62,495 nt of DNA. It comes from a virus. Lineage: Duplodnaviria > Caudoviricetes. The DNA lies in IMG/VR virus record IMGVR_UViG_3300042140_000143, positions 1-62,495 of that record; one strand, 5' to 3'. The position numbers were made by a program, and so were the translations under genes. Positions 25,929 through 34,967 of this stretch are shown here, piece after piece (position 1 is the stretch's first letter; every line of letters begins with the position of its first letter). The notes below the pieces were generated by a model that was not told the origin of the DNA, did no database searches, and was given only the letters and a program-made list of their open reading frames with translations.

Positions 25929-26200
25929 CTCCCCTCTCCCGTCACGGCGTCGATGAGGTGGCGGACGGACGAGTCGAACATCTCGGCGTCCTCCTGCGTC
26001 TTGAACTCGATCTCCCAGCGGAACACCCGCTCTCCGGTGGCGAGATTCGTCGCCGCCTCGCGTCGGTGAATCCGGCAGGCGGCCACGCCGGCCAGCACCT
26101 TCGCGTGCGTCACAATCTCCTCGTTCTCCTTGAACAGCGCACTCAGCGCCTGTGCCATCAGACCGCCCATGACAACGACTCCCTTCGTGAAGTTGGTCAC
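25925..26200 (-). CDS. Hypothetical protein
   Basis: Coupled ORF, 91 aa. Confidence 0.6.
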   Translation of the reverse strand: MTNFTKGVVVMGGLMAQALSALFKENEEIVTHAKVLAGVAACRIHRREAATNLATGERVFRWEIEFKTQEDAEMFDSSVRHLIDAVTGEGR

Positions 26201-26201
26201 A

Positions 26202-26471
26202 TCACCCTCCGTGCTGCTTGAGCCACGTAGCCGCCACCGCGAACCACCACGACAGCAGCGTCAGGTCTTCCGAAGACGTGACGATCACTGCCCCGCTGGT
26301 GTCGATCACGACGGCCGACGCATGCTCCTGCTCGTACCACTTGCTGTCGGCCTCGCTCTCCTCGCCCATGACCTCCCGCAGCGTCTCGATGCCCTCTTTG
26401 GGGCGGCACATCGCCGCCAGCCGCTCACCGCTTCCGTCCGTGTACCGCAGGAGAACAAGGTCTTTTGGCAT
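26202..26471 (-). CDS. Hypothetical protein
   Basis: ATG 26471; 89 aa. Confidence 0.55.
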   Translation of the reverse strand: MPKDLVLLRYTDGSGERLAAMCRPKEGIETLREVMGEESEADSKWYEQEHASAVVIDTSGAVIVTSSEDLTLLSWWFAVAATWLKQHGG

Positions 26472-26731
26472 TTCCGCACCGTTAGTCCGCACCGCTTCCG
26501 TGCTGAGAAGGGCCCCGTGCCCTACGTCAGCAACCCCATGAGGGGTAGCGGTGACAGCCTTATCTGGCCCTCTCTCAGCAACCCACCGGGACGTAGCGTT
26601 CCATGCAGGATCGAGTACCTGCCCGTTGCCCGGATTTCGCGCTGACACCACTGGACCGCCCGATCAAGTTCAAGGCGGCTTGTTTAGGCTCGACCGTTTT
26701 CATTTCTTGAGCGCTGACCGATACGAGAAAC

Positions 26732-27136
26732 TCAACAGCGCTGTTGCTTGATTCGCCGCAGGACGCCCATGTCCGTCCACTTGTCGGCCTGACTCCAGTT
26801 GATCCACGCCCGGCCGGCAGCGTCACGCACCGGCACGCACATGACGGCTCCCGTGCGGGTGTTGACCGCAATGAAAGCGTCGATGTCCTTCGGGCTGTAC
26901 TGGTAGCGCCGACGGCCGCGTCGGATGCGGACTCGGCTGCTGTTTGCCCCGCCGACACGCGAGGCAGACGATTTGACTTGGATGCGCCAATAGCGGTGGC
27001 CGCTGAACGCCAGCAGGTCGAAGCCCTCGTCAACGATGGGGATGGCGACACGGAAGCCGGCCCGCAGGAGCCGCTCCACAGCCATCGACACGCCGATCTC
27101 GCTAATGACCTTTCCATCCAGCGCTCCATCGCTCAT
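26732..27136 (-). CDS. PD-(D/E)XK endonuclease
   Basis: GGAGG RBS; G..VAIP...FDLL...RIQVKS. Confidence 0.8.
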   Translation of the reverse strand: MSDGALDGKVISEIGVSMAVERLLRAGFRVAIPIVDEGFDLLAFSGHRYWRIQVKSSASRVGGANSSRVRIRRGRRRYQYSPKDIDAFIAVNTRTGAVMCVPVRDAAGRAWINWSQADKWTDMGVLRRIKQQRC

Positions 27137-27144
27137 GCGGCCTC

Positions 27145-28713
27145 CTACCGGGACGCAGGCTTCTCCTTGCGGCGGTCCAGTTCCCTCCGAACCGCAGTCT
27201 TGAACGGCGTCTCCTTGCGCTGGCTCTCCAGCACCCACGAGAGGTAGCCCTCCGGGATGGAGTCCAGCCGCACGCCCTTGTACTTGCCGTACATCATCCG
27301 CCAGCCGCGCTTCTTCTTGCCCTCCGGCTCGGAGAACAAGTCGCGGGTGTCGTGATCGAATGTGACGCCGACCACGAGACGCTTCCGCTTCTCGATCAAC
27401 TCCTGCGCCTGTGCCTCCAGTTCGGCAAGGTCGATGGCGTCGGCCTCCTTGATGGCGGCCACAGCGTCCACGCCGTCCATCGAGAGCATCGAGGTGATGC
27501 GGGCGGTGCGGGCGGCCTTCTTCCGGCACTTGGCGTCCAGCACTTGCAGGGCGTTGAGCAGTTGGTGCGACCGGCTAGAGTCCGTGATGTCGTAGATGTT
27601 GAAGTGCGGCTTACCGCTGGCAGCGATGGCCGCCAGCCGCTCGTCGCGGGTCATCTCCGAGTGCAGGATGCCGGGCAGGACGCGGGTGCCTCGCCCGAGA
27701 CGCTGCTCGTAGCGGGACAGGGAGCGAGTCGGGGCCGCCATGTAGACGTTGCGGAGTTCCGGGTGATCCCACCCGTACCCCAAGATGCCGACGTTCACGA
27801 TGATCTTCGTGTCGCCGGCCAGGAAGGCGTCCATGTTCGCCTTCCGCACCTCCGGGTTCTGGCGGCAGTGGACGAGGCTGACCCGTGCCCCGTAACGCTC
27901 AAACACCTGCACGAACAACTCTGCCTGCCGGCGATTGCAGGCGTAGACCACAGACGGCTGCTGATCGTAGGTGGACAGGACGAGGCTCGTGACCTCTTGG
28001 GCGAAATGCTCGGCCGTCAGCACGGCGTGCAGTTGCGCCTTGTTCCACTCGCCGGCCTCCTCCTCCACGAGCGTCAGGTCGAACGACTTGGATTCCGACA
28101 GGAAGCACTTGGGGGAGACGAGCCATCCGTCGTTGATGGCGTCCATCAGCGAGTACACGACCTGCGGGCGAGGCCAGTACCGCAGGGCCTTGCCCTTGCC
28201 CTTGTAGGGCGTGGCCGAGAAGCCAACGATGGTGGCCCCCCGATCCTCAAACCACTTGAGCATTTCCTCCATGCGTGGCGTCATGCCGACGTGGCACTCG
28301 TCCACCAGCACGAGCGTCACCCGCTCATACGCCTTCGCCTTGTAGCGCCCGCACGAGAGCAGGCTGTCACGCGACCCGACGATCACCCGCCGGCGGATGC
28401 CCTCGATGGACTCGGCGTAGTTGCCGCCCTGCTCGATGTCGCACCGCTCGCCCAGCCGCATCTCCAGCCGGTCACGGCCCTGCCGCATGAGGTCCACGAG
28501 CGGCACCACCATGAGCGGGAAGCGGGCGATCCGGCACAATTCCGCCATCACCTCCGTCTTCCCGCTGCCAACGGGCTGGCACACCACGACCCGCCGCTCG
28601 CCACGCTTGGCGGCAAGGCAGACCTGCTCGACAGACCGCCGCTGGTAGTCACGCAGGGCGGCCCGCTCATTCGCCCGCCTCAACTGGCGAGTCACTTCCA
28701 CCTCGTCGCTCAT
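27145..28713 (-). CDS. Superfamily 2 (DExH) helicase
   Basis: PVGSGKT, DECH, SATP, QRLGRGTR; C-terminal YGKYKG...YLSW. Confidence 0.92.
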   Translation of the reverse strand: MSDEVEVTRQLRRANERAALRDYQRRSVEQVCLAAKRGERRVVVCQPVGSGKTEVMAELCRIARFPLMVVPLVDLMRQGRDRLEMRLGERCDIEQGGNYAESIEGIRRRVIVGSRDSLLSCGRYKAKAYERVTLVLVDECHVGMTPRMEEMLKWFEDRGATIVGFSATPYKGKGKALRYWPRPQVVYSLMDAINDGWLVSPKCFLSESKSFDLTLVEEEAGEWNKAQLHAVLTAEHFAQEVTSLVLSTYDQQPSVVYACNRRQAELFVQVFERYGARVSLVHCRQNPEVRKANMDAFLAGDTKIIVNVGILGYGWDHPELRNVYMAAPTRSLSRYEQRLGRGTRVLPGILHSEMTRDERLAAIAASGKPHFNIYDITDSSRSHQLLNALQVLDAKCRKKAARTARITSMLSMDGVDAVAAIKEADAIDLAELEAQAQELIEKRKRLVVGVTFDHDTRDLFSEPEGKKKRGWRMMYGKYKGVRLDSIPEGYLSWVLESQRKETPFKTAVRRELDRRKEKPASR

Positions 28714-29021
28714 TTGCCCCTCCCCTTCTTTGCACGGCCGGAAGCCTTCGCGGCCTTCCTCTTCTTGGCCGGCTCCGGGCGGACGGGGGCAGGCTGCGGA
28801 TGGGCCTCAGGCTCGGGGGGCTGAGGCTCCGGCGGCTGCGGGGCCGGAAACATCTGTGCCAGCCGTGCGTCCACGCGGCGGGCCAAATCCAGTTCCACCA
28901 GCAGGGATGGCAGGATCACGCGGCAGAACCGGATCGCCGTGTCTTCGTTCAGCGTCCCGTCCTGCGCATGGGCCGCCACGCCCTGAGCCAGCGAGATGTA
29001 GCGTTCGATGTCTTGTGTCAT
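28710..29021 (-). CDS. Hypothetical protein
   Basis: Pro/Lys-rich tail; coupled to the helicase. Confidence 0.55.
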   Translation of the reverse strand: MTQDIERYISLAQGVAAHAQDGTLNEDTAIRFCRVILPSLLVELDLARRVDARLAQMFPAPQPPEPQPPEPEAHPQPAPVRPEPAKKRKAAKASGRAKKGRGK

Positions 29022-29092
29022 AGGTAAAAGTGCCGGATGGTGGAGACGGCATCCGGCGTGCCGCTGAGGAGGTGCCTCCACCTGCATTTCGA

Positions 29093-29749
29093 TCACGAAG
29101 CCGCCACCGGCTCCCGCTGTTCCTTCTTCTGGGCCGGCTTGGCGACCTTCGCCATGCAGTCCTTCGCCACGACGGCGATGCGTGCGGCCGACTCCTTCGA
29201 CAACTGCCCGCCCTCGACGCCCCTGTCGGTCTGGTCGAGAACGGCCTGCACGCCAGCCGCGTCCTTCGCAGCCCGCACCTTCGCCACCAGCGCCCGCTCG
29301 ATCTTCAACTCGTCGTTGACTGCGGACTCGACGGCGGCCTTCTGGGCGGTGTCGCCATCGTCCTCGTCCTCTGCCGCCACGCCGACGATGGCCGCCAACT
29401 CGACCCGCTTGAGGTAGGTCGCAGTGGCCGCCAACTGCTGCGGCTGGAGGGATGCCTTGATGGGCAGGAAGGAGCGGATGAACTGCCCGCTGGTGTGGCC
29501 CAGCGTCGTCACCAGCATGACGTAGTTCTCGTCATACGGAACGAAGCACTGGATCACGTCCAGGCCGTTCTCCGAGAGCGGCTTGCGGATCGTGTCGATC
29601 ACGGTCGCGAGGTCGGCGTACATGCCGAAGTGCGACTTGCTGGTGCGAGGGGCGTTCTTCATGGCCCCCAGCGCCTTGCTCTTGGCCTCAAACAGTTTGT
29701 CGAGTTGCGGGCTGCTAGCCGGCCACTCTGCAATCACGGATGTCATCAC
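29093..29749 (-). CDS. ERF-family single-strand annealing protein
   Basis: YADLATVID..RKPL..NGL...HTSGQ...TYLKR...EDEDDG. Confidence 0.85.
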   Translation of the reverse strand: MMTSVIAEWPASSPQLDKLFEAKSKALGAMKNAPRTSKSHFGMYADLATVIDTIRKPLSENGLDVIQCFVPYDENYVMLVTTLGHTSGQFIRSFLPIKASLQPQQLAATATYLKRVELAAIVGVAAEDEDDGDTAQKAAVESAVNDELKIERALVAKVRAAKDAAGVQAVLDQTDRGVEGGQLSKESAARIAVVAKDCMAKVAKPAQKKEQREPVAAS

Positions 29750-30567
29750 AGTCTCCCCAGAACATGAGCCGGAAACGAAAGTTCAACGACCTCGCCGTGC
29801 GCTTCCGGCAACCACCAGTCGAGGTCTTCACGAAGACGGAGTTCAGCCAGCGCCTCATTCATGCGCTGGCGGCCAGCCGCAGTGACGTGCGGCGGCAGGG
29901 TCACGACCTGACAGTCGTGAGGGATGGCGGTGGAGATGACGATGAAGTGCAGGGGCTTGGACTCCAGCCCCATCGCCTCCATGCCGCACCGATACCATGC
30001 GTCCTGCAAGTGGTAGCGGAACCGAGCCACCGCACTCGGGAAGTCGGCGAGGATGTCGCCCTCGCGGGTGGTCTTGAGATCAACGACGATGCCGTCGCTG
30101 GTCAGCATGTCGAAGCGGCACTTGAGCCGGTGCCCGTCCTGCTCCCAGTACACGCTGAGTTCGTGTTCACTGGGCCTGGACAGCAGTTCAGCGGCAGACG
30201 GGTTGCTGAGGATGGCGTCCACCTCAGCCAGAATCTGGGCCCGCTCCTTCGGGTTGACCAAAATGGCCCCCTGCGGAGCCTCGTTTTTGGCCCACTTCTC
30301 CGCTTCTTTGCCCACGAGCCCGGTGGCCGTTAGGGTGGAAGCAGGAGGCACGACCAGCAATTCAAGGAAGTCTTCGCCCTCTTCCATCCACCGGTGCAGC
30401 AGGGTGCCGTGATCCATCGCGGCGCTGCTGAACGGCGGCAGGGACTTGGCGATGTACCGCTGGTGGTACAGGACGGGAGAGTCAAGGAGCGTTTTGACTC
30501 GACTGCATGACCTGTGCGTTTCATTGGCGTGATAGTCGGCGTTCGCTTCTCCTCGCCGAATCACGGT
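29746..30567 (-). CDS. RecE/ExoVIII-like PD-(D/E)XK exonuclease (DUF3799-like)
   Basis: DYHA, GTLLH, LKCRFD...DLKTT, YHLQDAWY; start uncertain. Confidence 0.85.
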   Translation of the reverse strand, partial: TVIRRGEANADYHANETHRSCSRVKTLLDSPVLYHQRYIAKSLPPFSSAAMDHGTLLHRWMEEGEDFLELLVVPPASTLTATGLVGKEAEKWAKNEAPQGAILVNPKERAQILAEVDAILSNPSAAELLSRPSEHELSVYWEQDGHRLKCRFDMLTSDGIVVDLKTTREGDILADFPSAVARFRYHLQDAWYRCGMEAMGLESKPLHFIVISTAIPHDCQVVTLPPHVTAAGRQRMNEALAELRLREDLDWWLPEAHGEVVELSFPAHVLGRL

Positions 30568-30688
30568 GCGCACATGGTGCGTGTGCGCACCGAACGTGAC
30601 AGGCGTAGCGGAAAGAGCGGTCGTGCTGGCCTGCCCAACGGTGCCGGCATCACCGCAACCTTCCTCTACTCTTGTAGGGGATATAACC

Positions 30689-31504
30689 ATGACCAGCCTC
30701 CGTGCCTTGATTGAGCGTTACCTGCAATCCCGATGCGTCAGCGCGGGCTACCGCGCCAACCTGAGAACCCTAGCCCGCTCCTGCAAAACGATGACTGTCC
30801 CAGCCGTCAACAGGCACCTGACTCGCCGCATGTCTGAGGTCAAGCCGATCTCGGTTGATTCTGACAGGCGCATGATCGTGAGCGTGTGGAGGTGGGCCTA
30901 CGAAACCGGCTTAGTGGATTCGCTGCCGCGTGGACTCGTCAAGATCAAAGTGCCTCGACTGCCCACGAAGGCATGGACTGTAGAACAGTGCTGTACGGCT
31001 GTCAAGGGGACTTACGAGCGGACTGCCATCATTCGCCAGAAGGGCGTCACGGAGGGCGAGTTGCTCCGCTGCTGGATACTGCTAGGCTACGAAACTGGGG
31101 CAAGGCAGGGCGACTTGTGGGAGATGCGCGACTCCGACTTTATCGACGGGGCTGTTCGGTGGGGACAGCACAAGACCGGCGAGCCGCACGTCAAGATTCT
31201 CAGCCCTGCCTGCATGAAGGCCGTCAACGACATGCTGGCGCGCTCGCCAGATGGGCGCGTGCTGGGGTGGGTGATGTCGAGTGGTGGCGGACGCAGGAAG
31301 ATGAAAAAATACCTCGCCTCCCTGCGGCTATCGGGGTCATCAAAGTGGCTGCGGCGTAGCGGGGCCACCCACATCGAGATGGAACATCCCGGCAAGGGGC
31401 GTCTGCATCTTGGTCACAAGACGCACGGGCTGGCCGAGCGTTGCTACATCGACTGGTCGCAGGTCAGGAGGGACATCCCAAGCACGCCCGTGCTACTCAA
31501 ATAG
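30689..31504 (+). CDS. Tyrosine recombinase (phage integrase family)
   Basis: YETGAR..DL, HKTG, WLRRSGAT, LGH, ERCY; lone + strand gene between replication and virion modules. Confidence 0.88.
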   Translation: MTSLRALIERYLQSRCVSAGYRANLRTLARSCKTMTVPAVNRHLTRRMSEVKPISVDSDRRMIVSVWRWAYETGLVDSLPRGLVKIKVPRLPTKAWTVEQCCTAVKGTYERTAIIRQKGVTEGELLRCWILLGYETGARQGDLWEMRDSDFIDGAVRWGQHKTGEPHVKILSPACMKAVNDMLARSPDGRVLGWVMSSGGGRRKMKKYLASLRLSGSSKWLRRSGATHIEMEHPGKGRLHLGHKTHGLAERCYIDWSQVRRDIPSTPVLLK

Positions 31505-34500
31505 CGTCAGCGAGCCAGTGTCGGACTTCCGCTTCTTGGGCTTCCGCTTGCCCTTCTCGGCCTTCGGCTTGCGGGCCTCGCGGCGAGTGCGGCCCAGCGA
31601 CCGCTGCACGGCCAGCCGCTGGAGCGCCCACTGCGGCACGTCTGGCTGCATGGCCTCCGGGATGTAGACCTGCTTGAACTCGCGCGTGTACGGGTCAATG
31701 GACTCCTCGATCTGACGCATGGCGTCGGACAGGGCGTCCTGCTGGTCAACGTCTCTGACCTTTAGGCCCGACACGGCGTTGAGGGCCGTCTTGGCCGTCC
31801 GGTGTCCGAGAGACTGGCCCCCGCGATCATCCAGCAGGGACCGAACTGCGTACAGCGGGCGGCCGGCGAACGGCACGATCTCGGCCGTCTTGTCGATAAG
31901 GAATGGCACGTCGGCGTTCTGGTTACCGGTCACGCGGCGGGCGATGACATCGAGCGGCGACGTGGCCTCCCCAAGCGGGCGGTTCGTGAACAGGTCTTTG
32001 CCGAACGCCATCTCCACGATCATCCTCGCGGCGGGATGCAACTGCATGCCAATCTGCCGAGCCGTTCCGGTGCCGGTGCCCGCAAGCGTTCCTGGCGTCT
32101 CGATCATGTTGATCTGGTCGAAGCCCGGAAAGTCGAGGTCGGTGACATACGTTTGCGTGCCCGGTGCCGGGACGCCACCAAACTCCTCCGGCAGCGGAAA
32201 CGCAAACTGCGAACGCACGCCGCTGGGGATGTACGTGCCGTCGTCGCCCTCGTCCTGCAACGACTCGGTGGCGTGAATCAACTGGCCGTAGCGACCGCCC
32301 GGCCGCTCCGACAGTTGACGCAGCACCTCGCGGAAAATGCGGGACTGGTATGAATACCAGGGAAACACGCGGCGCATCACGTTCTTCTCAAACGACGACA
32401 GCGACGAATAGTCCACATGGGCGCGCTTGATGCGGGCCGCAGCAGCCATCGGGTCCACGCCCTGACTCACGAGCGACATCCACCCCGACAGCCGGTTGAT
32501 GCCGTCGGTCAGGCTGTTGATGCGCTCGCTGGCCCGCATGATCGGGTTGGCCGTCTCCTGCAACGGCTTGAGGCTGGACCGCCACTGCCAGAAATCCTTG
32601 CGATTCCACCCCTTGCCCAACTCCCGCCCAATGCTCGACAGGCTGATCGGGTCCATGCCGACCATCTGCCCGCCTGCGGTGGCGTTGAGGACGCTGGCCC
32701 CGATGTCGGTGGACTGACCGGACGGCACGATTCCAGACCGGGCGAGGTCGGAATAGAACTGCACGATGCCGTCGTCGCCCTGCCATCGAGGCGTCGAGGC
32801 CAGCAGGTCGCGGAAGGCAGCGGACTCAGGGCCAGCCGTCACCAGCCCCGCTGCCGCAAAGACCGACTTGCGGTCCAGCGCGCCCTCCAGCCAGTTGCTG
32901 ACCGAGCCGGAGTACAGGTCGCGGGTTGCCCGAGCAGGCCACGCGAGGATGGCTCCCTTCCACGCCGACGTGACGTGATCGAGCCGTTGCAGGAAGTCGG
33001 ACGGAGCCTTGCCGGTGCTGTACAGGTCGCGGGCCCGAGTCAGGCGCTCGATGTGCGATTCGGGAACGCTGAATTGGTTGAGGTTGATTTCGTCGGCATC
33101 CACGCCGAGCAACTTGCCAAGCCGCTCCCGCATCTGCTGCGCCGCACCGGACTCCTGCGGCAGCGTGCGCGACGTGCCATCCGGAAGCACCTCAAAGATG
33201 TCGTCGCCCAGCCCCTCGTCGTAGGTCTTGAGGCCGAGCCGCTGGAGGGCCGTTTGCAGCGGGATGTGCTTGCCGCCTTCGACGCTGATGGCGGGCGTAT
33301 CGACGGCGAACGTCGCCAGCGAGTCGTACAGCGTCCTGGCCGTGCCGACGTTCTGTCCCTTGCCGACCATGTACGAGCCGATCATGTCGGTCGGGTGCTG
33401 GCCGAACAGCGGCGACTTGGCGACCACATCGTCGGGCATGCGGGCCATCAGTCTTGCCAGCCGCTCGGCCTGCTTCTGCGATACTTCCGGCTGGCCGGCG
33501 GTCAGCATGGCATTGAGTTTGCCGCGAATGTATGTGGCGGCCTCATCTTCCCGCTGGAGCGCACGATTGCTTCCAGACACCTGCGTGTCGCGTGACAAGT
33601 CGATGATGGTGTCGCGACCGCCGGGCACCTGCATGTAGGCTTCACGCTGAAGGCCGTCGCTAGAAAACGCGGACAGGGCTTGCCCGAGTTTGCGGTTGCT
33701 GCGGGCCTGCATCTCCAGCGCAGGGTCCGCCTTGCGCGGCAGATACTCGATGCCGTACTTGTCTGTCAGCGGCACCCCGTTGAGGCCAAACTTGCGAGAC
33801 TCGGCAAGGGCGCTCTGGCGGTTGTTGATCCAGTAGTCGGCGTATGCCTTGAGCGACGGCCTGCTCTCGACGTATGCCACGTCCGCTGCGGTGCGAACAG
33901 CCGGCCCCTCCAAGTACCGACCAAGCGCCCGATTGCCCTGCTCGTCGGCAAACACCTCCGGATGCTCAAGGCGCAGTCGGGCGAGGTGCCGCATGTGTTC
34001 GCCGGCAGCGGCGTCACCGCCTACCTTGCGGGCCTGCCAGTTGGCGATGTTGGTGATCTGCTCCTCCGCGTCGATGGCCTCGCCCACGCGACCGTCGAAC
34101 GCCGATGCCACGCGCCGGCCGACGGGCGACCAGCGGTATGCCTGACCAACGGTGTCCATGATGTCGGCGTAGGTGTCGCCAAAGCCCTTGCCGAGAGCGT
34201 CCCCGACGATGATCGGGTCGCCCAATGGCAGGCCGATGCCGAACGACTTGGCGAGCGGCTGGTTCCGAATCTTGTCGAGATCGGCCCCCAGCAGGTTCCT
34301 GGCGGCCTGCTCGGCGGCCTCCGGGTCATCGGCGTACTTGATGAGGTCGTCCAGCGTCCCCGCCCTGCGGGCCGTTCTCGTGCCGTATAAGGGGCGACCG
34401 ACCGTAGCCGGGTCTAGGGTACTGATCGTGCGTCCAGTGGCCTCTAATTGGCTCTTGGTGCGTCTGGCGACCATCGGGAGGGCGTCGTCGGCCATCCCTG

Positions 34501-34966
34501 TGGAAATAGCCTTCCGGGTCAGGGCCGTCGGGGCCGTGTCCAGCAGGTTCCCGACCGGCCCGGCCAGTTTCTCAGCCGCCTTTCCAGCCGCCGTCAGGGA
34601 CCGTGCGGGACCGGACAGCAGGGAAAGGGGGTCGGTGACAATCTCGGTGGCGAGGCCGCCGATGAAGTTGCCCCAGTTGTCCTCCGGGCCAGCCAGACCG
34701 GCCATCCGGTTGAGTTCCCGGCCCGTCACGCGCTCGCCGGTCTTGCCGGCCAGCATCCCGCGCAGGTAGTCGCCGGGCATGGCGAAGGCATCGCCCACGC
34801 GCGACAGGGTGCCGCCAGTGAGGGCACCGATCTCGCCCAGCACGGACGCCTGCTCCTCCGGCGTCACCGCCTCCCGCTTGACGGGCTCGTCGGCAAGCAG
34901 TTCGCTGTCGAACAGCGACATGCCCGCCATCGGCTTGCGGCCACGCGGCTGCTCAAAGAGGAGCAT
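31493..34966 (-). CDS. Large internal virion/ejection-type protein
   Basis: 1157 aa; position at the end of the virion operon; FPWYSY motif. Confidence 0.6.
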   Translation of the reverse strand: MLLFEQPRGRKPMAGMSLFDSELLADEPVKREAVTPEEQASVLGEIGALTGGTLSRVGDAFAMPGDYLRGMLAGKTGERVTGRELNRMAGLAGPEDNWGNFIGGLATEIVTDPLSLLSGPARSLTAAGKAAEKLAGPVGNLLDTAPTALTRKAISTGMADDALPMVARRTKSQLEATGRTISTLDPATVGRPLYGTRTARRAGTLDDLIKYADDPEAAEQAARNLLGADLDKIRNQPLAKSFGIGLPLGDPIIVGDALGKGFGDTYADIMDTVGQAYRWSPVGRRVASAFDGRVGEAIDAEEQITNIANWQARKVGGDAAAGEHMRHLARLRLEHPEVFADEQGNRALGRYLEGPAVRTAADVAYVESRPSLKAYADYWINNRQSALAESRKFGLNGVPLTDKYGIEYLPRKADPALEMQARSNRKLGQALSAFSSDGLQREAYMQVPGGRDTIIDLSRDTQVSGSNRALQREDEAATYIRGKLNAMLTAGQPEVSQKQAERLARLMARMPDDVVAKSPLFGQHPTDMIGSYMVGKGQNVGTARTLYDSLATFAVDTPAISVEGGKHIPLQTALQRLGLKTYDEGLGDDIFEVLPDGTSRTLPQESGAAQQMRERLGKLLGVDADEINLNQFSVPESHIERLTRARDLYSTGKAPSDFLQRLDHVTSAWKGAILAWPARATRDLYSGSVSNWLEGALDRKSVFAAAGLVTAGPESAAFRDLLASTPRWQGDDGIVQFYSDLARSGIVPSGQSTDIGASVLNATAGGQMVGMDPISLSSIGRELGKGWNRKDFWQWRSSLKPLQETANPIMRASERINSLTDGINRLSGWMSLVSQGVDPMAAAARIKRAHVDYSSLSSFEKNVMRRVFPWYSYQSRIFREVLRQLSERPGGRYGQLIHATESLQDEGDDGTYIPSGVRSQFAFPLPEEFGGVPAPGTQTYVTDLDFPGFDQINMIETPGTLAGTGTGTARQIGMQLHPAARMIVEMAFGKDLFTNRPLGEATSPLDVIARRVTGNQNADVPFLIDKTAEIVPFAGRPLYAVRSLLDDRGGQSLGHRTAKTALNAVSGLKVRDVDQQDALSDAMRQIEESIDPYTREFKQVYIPEAMQPDVPQWALQRLAVQRSLGRTRREARKPKAEKGKRKPKKRKSDTGSLTLFE

Positions 34967-34967
34967 G

